Shown: positions 59,150 to 64,000 of the stretch, in pieces | Layout of the letters: each line of letters starts with the position of its first letter | Position numbering within the stretch: position 1 is the first letter of the stretch | Assembly (NCBI GenBank): GCA_951406725.2 | Contig: OX597817.1 | Location: 106,206,001 to 106,270,000 of the forward strand | Direction of reading: 5' to 3' | Source of the DNA: Octopus vulgaris | Taxonomy: Eukaryota | DNA length: 64,000 nucleotides | Notes under the pieces: model-generated | Databases searched by the model: none | Told to the model about the DNA's origin: nothing | Seen by the model: only the letters and a program-made list of their open reading frames with translations | Position numbers and translations under genes: made by a program

Positions 59150-59529
59150 GCACATGCCATCAGTAATTACTCAGGATAGGTAGTTGGTGATCTTTATGTA
59201 GTAAAACACACAAAAAATAAGTGAAACACAAGCGTGCAACTGAGTTAAAGGCAGATTTACTTCTGCTTTTATAGCATGTAAAGAAAATGGTGTTGTAGGA
59301 GTGTATGCAACACGTGTATTATAGCGGTACTATGCGTAGCTTAAATACTGAGATTGTAAAAAGAGAACCTGTGTTTTTAGTTATCAAAAGTTTATTTATT
59401 TGCTTATTGGTTTTAGTCAAGTACAAACATTTCGTCCTCTTTTGGAATATTGTCATAAATCATCAAACACCAAACTTCAGATGGAATTTCTTGTAAATCC
59501 ATTACCTGTAGAATCATGGACCCCAATCT

Positions 59530-59880
59530 CTAATGTTTGACAATATAACTTTCCTTAAATGAATACTTTATGTTCAAGTACCCTGCTCGTAGTGCATTGG
59601 CAATGCAACTGCCAGTAACTTTATTCCATGAATTCTTCACCCAATTCACGACTTCTTGGAGGTTGGGTTTGACAAAGTTTCCTCGCTGATTTCTCCCCAT
59701 TCTATGTTTGATATATTCAGTCACTTCCATCCGCAAATAATCCTTGAAGGGCTTGTTTATTACAAGATCTAATGTTTGTAGATATGAAGTTATTCTCACG
59801 GGAATCATTATGTGGTCAATTCTTCTTTCAGAAGGGAAGGTTTTCATATCTTTTGCACGATGAGTACTGAGATATGGCAA
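59530..59880 (-). mobile_element. pogo/Tigger (DDE_1) transposase remnant
   Basis: TSYLQTLDLVINKPFKDYLR...VNWVKNSW motif. Confidence 0.75.
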
Positions 59881-60062
59881 GGGATTACCGTATATGTGTA
59901 CATGTAAAATGAGAGAAGACAAGTCTCTATCTTTTGCATCCTGTCGTTTGGCATGTATACATATATATATATATATTTGTGTTTCATACCCAAACTATTA
60001 TAGTTAATATATCTTATTGTTTATCTGCACATAATTGCACCCCCTCATTCTCTCTATTTATT

Positions 60063-60277
<215 letters not shown>

Positions 60278-60603
60278 CTCTTTTACTTGTTTCAGTCATT
60301 TGACTGCAGCCATGCTGGAGCACCACCTTTAGTCAAGCAAATCGACCCCAGGACTTAATCATTCTATAGGTCTCTTTTGCCGAACCACTAAGTTACGGGG
60401 ACATAAACACACCAACATCGGTTGTCAAGCGATGTTGCGGGGAGAAACACAGACACACAAACACATACATATACACGACGGGCTTCTTTCAGTTTCCGTC
60501 TACCAAATCCACTCACAAGGCTTTGGTCAACCCGAGGCTATAGTAGAAGATACTTGCCCAAGAACCCGGAACCATGTACTTACCACACAGCCACTCCTAC
60601 ACC

Positions 60604-60641
<38 letters not shown>

Positions 60642-63600
60642 GATTTGTAATTTACAAATAAATGGCAGGATGAAAATATTAGTAGCTGATTTCATTGTTT
60701 CAATGTAAGATATAACTTTCAGTTGTGGTACACAGATGATTTGCAGTTTTGTTATCCATTCTGTAGATAGTTAAGTTCATCTGTGGGTGACTGCTAGAAG
60801 AAGGAGAGAAAAAGAGTTAAAAAATTACCTCCCTGGATTGATGAGTAGAGAGGGCAAAAGTTGCATAGTCCCACTGTAACAAGTTATACATGAAGTGCTC
60901 CTTTTGGTCAGGGGCCAAGCAAAAAAGTAGAACTGAATTTGGGTTCTGTATTTATGTTTTCTAACTAAATTAGGTCAAGCTAAACAAAGGATTATTCATC
61001 TGTTATCGGCTTTGACCTAAGTTTTGCTTGAAATGGTTGCAAGTTGATAGTTGATTCTCATGAATTTCTGAGTGTAAATGCTAAGAACAAGAAGAAGGAA
61101 CTAGTAGAAAAATCTAGGCTTAGGTTTCGAATCTTAGCTAAGAATCTAGGAAGCAATTTGCTACATATTTTTGTAAACTTTAAATCATAATTACTCAATT
61201 CACTCATCAACTTCACAAACAACCTACCACTACTTCAGTACCAAAATAGTGATAGGTTGCTTGTATGCTTAACAAGTGAATTGCACAACTATGATTTAAT
61301 CTCACCAAACAATTCATTGTGTATCTTGTCAGTTGTTGTATATTATACAATGGTAAACTCAGGTTGTTTCAACTTGACACATTTCTGATTTTATTGAAAA
61401 TGTTTACACACTTGGCTTTTCATGGAATATCAACATTAATAAAGTTATGTATCTTAAAAGTTTTAATTTCTTTTGTAATTTTAGCCAATAAGATCCATCC
61501 AGTTTTGATTGTGAAAGGCATCATTTTTCCTTTTTATTTTTGATTTTGGAAACCAGTTATTCGGTTGGTGGGGGGGATTAATAATAAAAACTTTACTTTT
61601 GAGAAGTTAATAATAAATCATTATGCAATCTTTAAAGATGAACAATATTTAATGAAAAGAAATGAAACAAAACCACAAATTAACTTTTACAATGAAAGTG
61701 GTTGAAATTTTTATGTCTGAACCACCAAATAAATTCACTAAGATACAAATCAATCACAGAACAATGAATGCCACAACATCATTTATTTGTACTTTTAGGC
61801 AGTTCTGTATGCTTTCCACTTGATTATATGTGGGCCCCACCTTCCAAAATGACAAACTTAGAACTGCTATTCACCATTCCATACTGAAAGTCTCTAGGCT
61901 GGTATGTGTGGGATACAGGATTAGACTAACCACAAGTCACTATATATATGTGTATGTGTGTGTAGTGGTTCTTAGCAGAATTAACGCCCACATGCATACT
62001 TCAGGTGTACTGCTGTCACAACTTTGTACGGCAGACAGAAATATCTGCCAGGTCTTGTAACACACACCTCCAAAAGCCTGCTGCTCCAGTAGCACTCTTA
62101 GTTGTATTTGCATCTGGACTTCATCATTTTGTCTACCTTAACTATTATTCCAAGACTGTCTAACTATACTGGGTTATGAAGTAATCCTCTGCACATGGTT
62201 CTTCCATGTAATTGTTGTAACAACTTTGCTGCCATGGTTCATTTGCAATCCTTCTTCACAAAGACAAACAATTGTAAGTTCTTTCATCTGAGAATAACCA
62301 AACACAGCTTGGCTTGTTAGCAGAAGAATGCCACCTTCTAACCAGGTTCCTTTCTGTGCAGACACAAATCTAAATTTGCTTAACTTTTTTTCTGACAGCT
62401 CTATAAGACATTTCCAACAACAAAGAATATCACCATATTATGTTTTCACTGACAAAACTTCATCTTTCTTTCCTTCAGTTAGAACTAACTAACTGCATTC
62501 TCTTAAACTTTCTATTTTTCCCACAAACTTCTCAAATTCTCTACTCAGTCACTAATGATGCTCTCAACTGTTTGGTTTCAATTTGTTGCTTCTCCACTTG
62601 ATCATTAATAATAGCTTCAATTGGTTGCTATAGGAACATATAGTAAACTCAATTTCAATCATTCCAAGAATAGATGGATCTGATTGGCTAAAATTACAAA
62701 AAATTTTAATTTTTAAAGACTTGTAATTTTTTTAGAATCAATTTCTAAAAAAAATGGCTGCAATTTTCAATTTTTGGCAAAAAAATATATATAACTAATA
62801 ATAATAAATTACATTTGTGTTAAAATTTTCAATAAAATCAGAAGTGTCAAAATAAAAAGATCTCTAAATTCTATTAACATGATGTTGATTGCTCTATTTC
62901 CTTATCTGGCAATCACATCATACACATCATCATCAGTTGGCATGGGTTTGACAGTTTGATATGAACTGACAAACCAGATGGTTGTACCAAGCTCCAGTGT
63001 CTGTTTTGGAATGGCTTCTACAGCTGGATGCTTTCCCTGATGCCAACCATTTTACAGAGTTTACTAGGTGCTATTTTCATGGCACCAGCACTGGTGGGAT
63101 CACCAAGTATTCACAAGACAAGACCCCTTGACTGAGTTGGGTATAATATTAAGGGATATGAAAATATAGCAGAACAACAGGAACAAATGAATACATGGCT
63201 TCCCTTTCTGGAAAGAAAGAGAGATGGGAGGTCAAGGTACAAGGTAACCATACAGATGCATACACACAGGTCAAAAATAAGCTACAAGTTAACCCTATAG
63301 CAAACAAATTACTCTGTCAAATATAATACTTATTTTACTCTTTTACTTGTTTCAGCCATTTGACTGTGACATTGCCAAACCACTGCATTAAAGAGTTTTA
63401 GTCGAAAAAAATGACCCCAGGATTTATTCTTTCTAAGCCTGGTACTTGTTTTATCAGTCTCTTTTGCCGAACCACTATGCTATGGGTACGTAAACATATC
63501 AGCATCAGTTGTCAAGCAATGGCATGGGGATAAACACACATACACACACACACACATAAATGTATACATATATATTAATAATATTTTATAAGCTTATACA

Positions 63601-64000
63601 CACACACATATATATACAACAGGCTTCTTTCAGTTTCTGTCTACCAAATCCAATCATAAGGCTTTGGTCAACCCGAGGCTATAGTAGAGGACACTTGCCT
63701 TAGGTGCTATGCAGTGGGACTGAACCCAGAACCATTTATTCATATTTTATTTATTTACATTTTTTTAAATGAATCATGTGTTATCATGTAGCCTAGAGAT
63801 TTTAATGTTGTGAGTGTTTATTTTTAGAATGATATTGCAAGGTAGGTGTGAGATGCTGAATCTGGTCCATCTGAACATTAAATAGGTAGAATATTTGAAC
63901 CAGACACGACTGGTCTAAATACTAAAGGGTTTAAAGAAAGAACTTTACCCAAAAGATTATGAAAATAAAAGATGCATCCGAGCACTCATCATCATCATCA

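Overview
This is AT-rich, repeat-dense eukaryotic genomic DNA. The LINE/SINE/microsatellite landscape suggests an octopus or other coleoid cephalopod (inference). One protein-coding gene spans most of the window on the + strand: ASPSCR1/TUG (UBXD9). I reconstructed 18 GT-AG coding exons from 5054 to 52643 that join into an open 1893-nt frame (630 aa + stop); the first coding exon was not found and is probably upstream. The gene carries an internal tandem duplication of a phase-symmetric exon pair. Introns and the 3' flank hold decayed RTE and CR1/L2-like LINEs, two full-length dead mariners, Tc1/pogo remnants, a Helitron nested in a Helentron-like element, hAT/piggyBac/Merlin-like MITEs and many SINEs. 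The main unexplained signals are: (1) an apparently intact type I hammerhead ribozyme (minus strand, 51415-51480) inside a ~356-bp head-to-tail repeat unit, i.e. retrozyme/Penelope-like, plus four further decayed hammerhead motifs from three other repeat families, one fused behind a tRNA-like Pol III head; (2) a U6 snRNA retrocopy fused to a SINE-type 3' tail; (3) near-perfect long palindromes. Most ORFs in the supplied track are microsatellite or TE artefacts.
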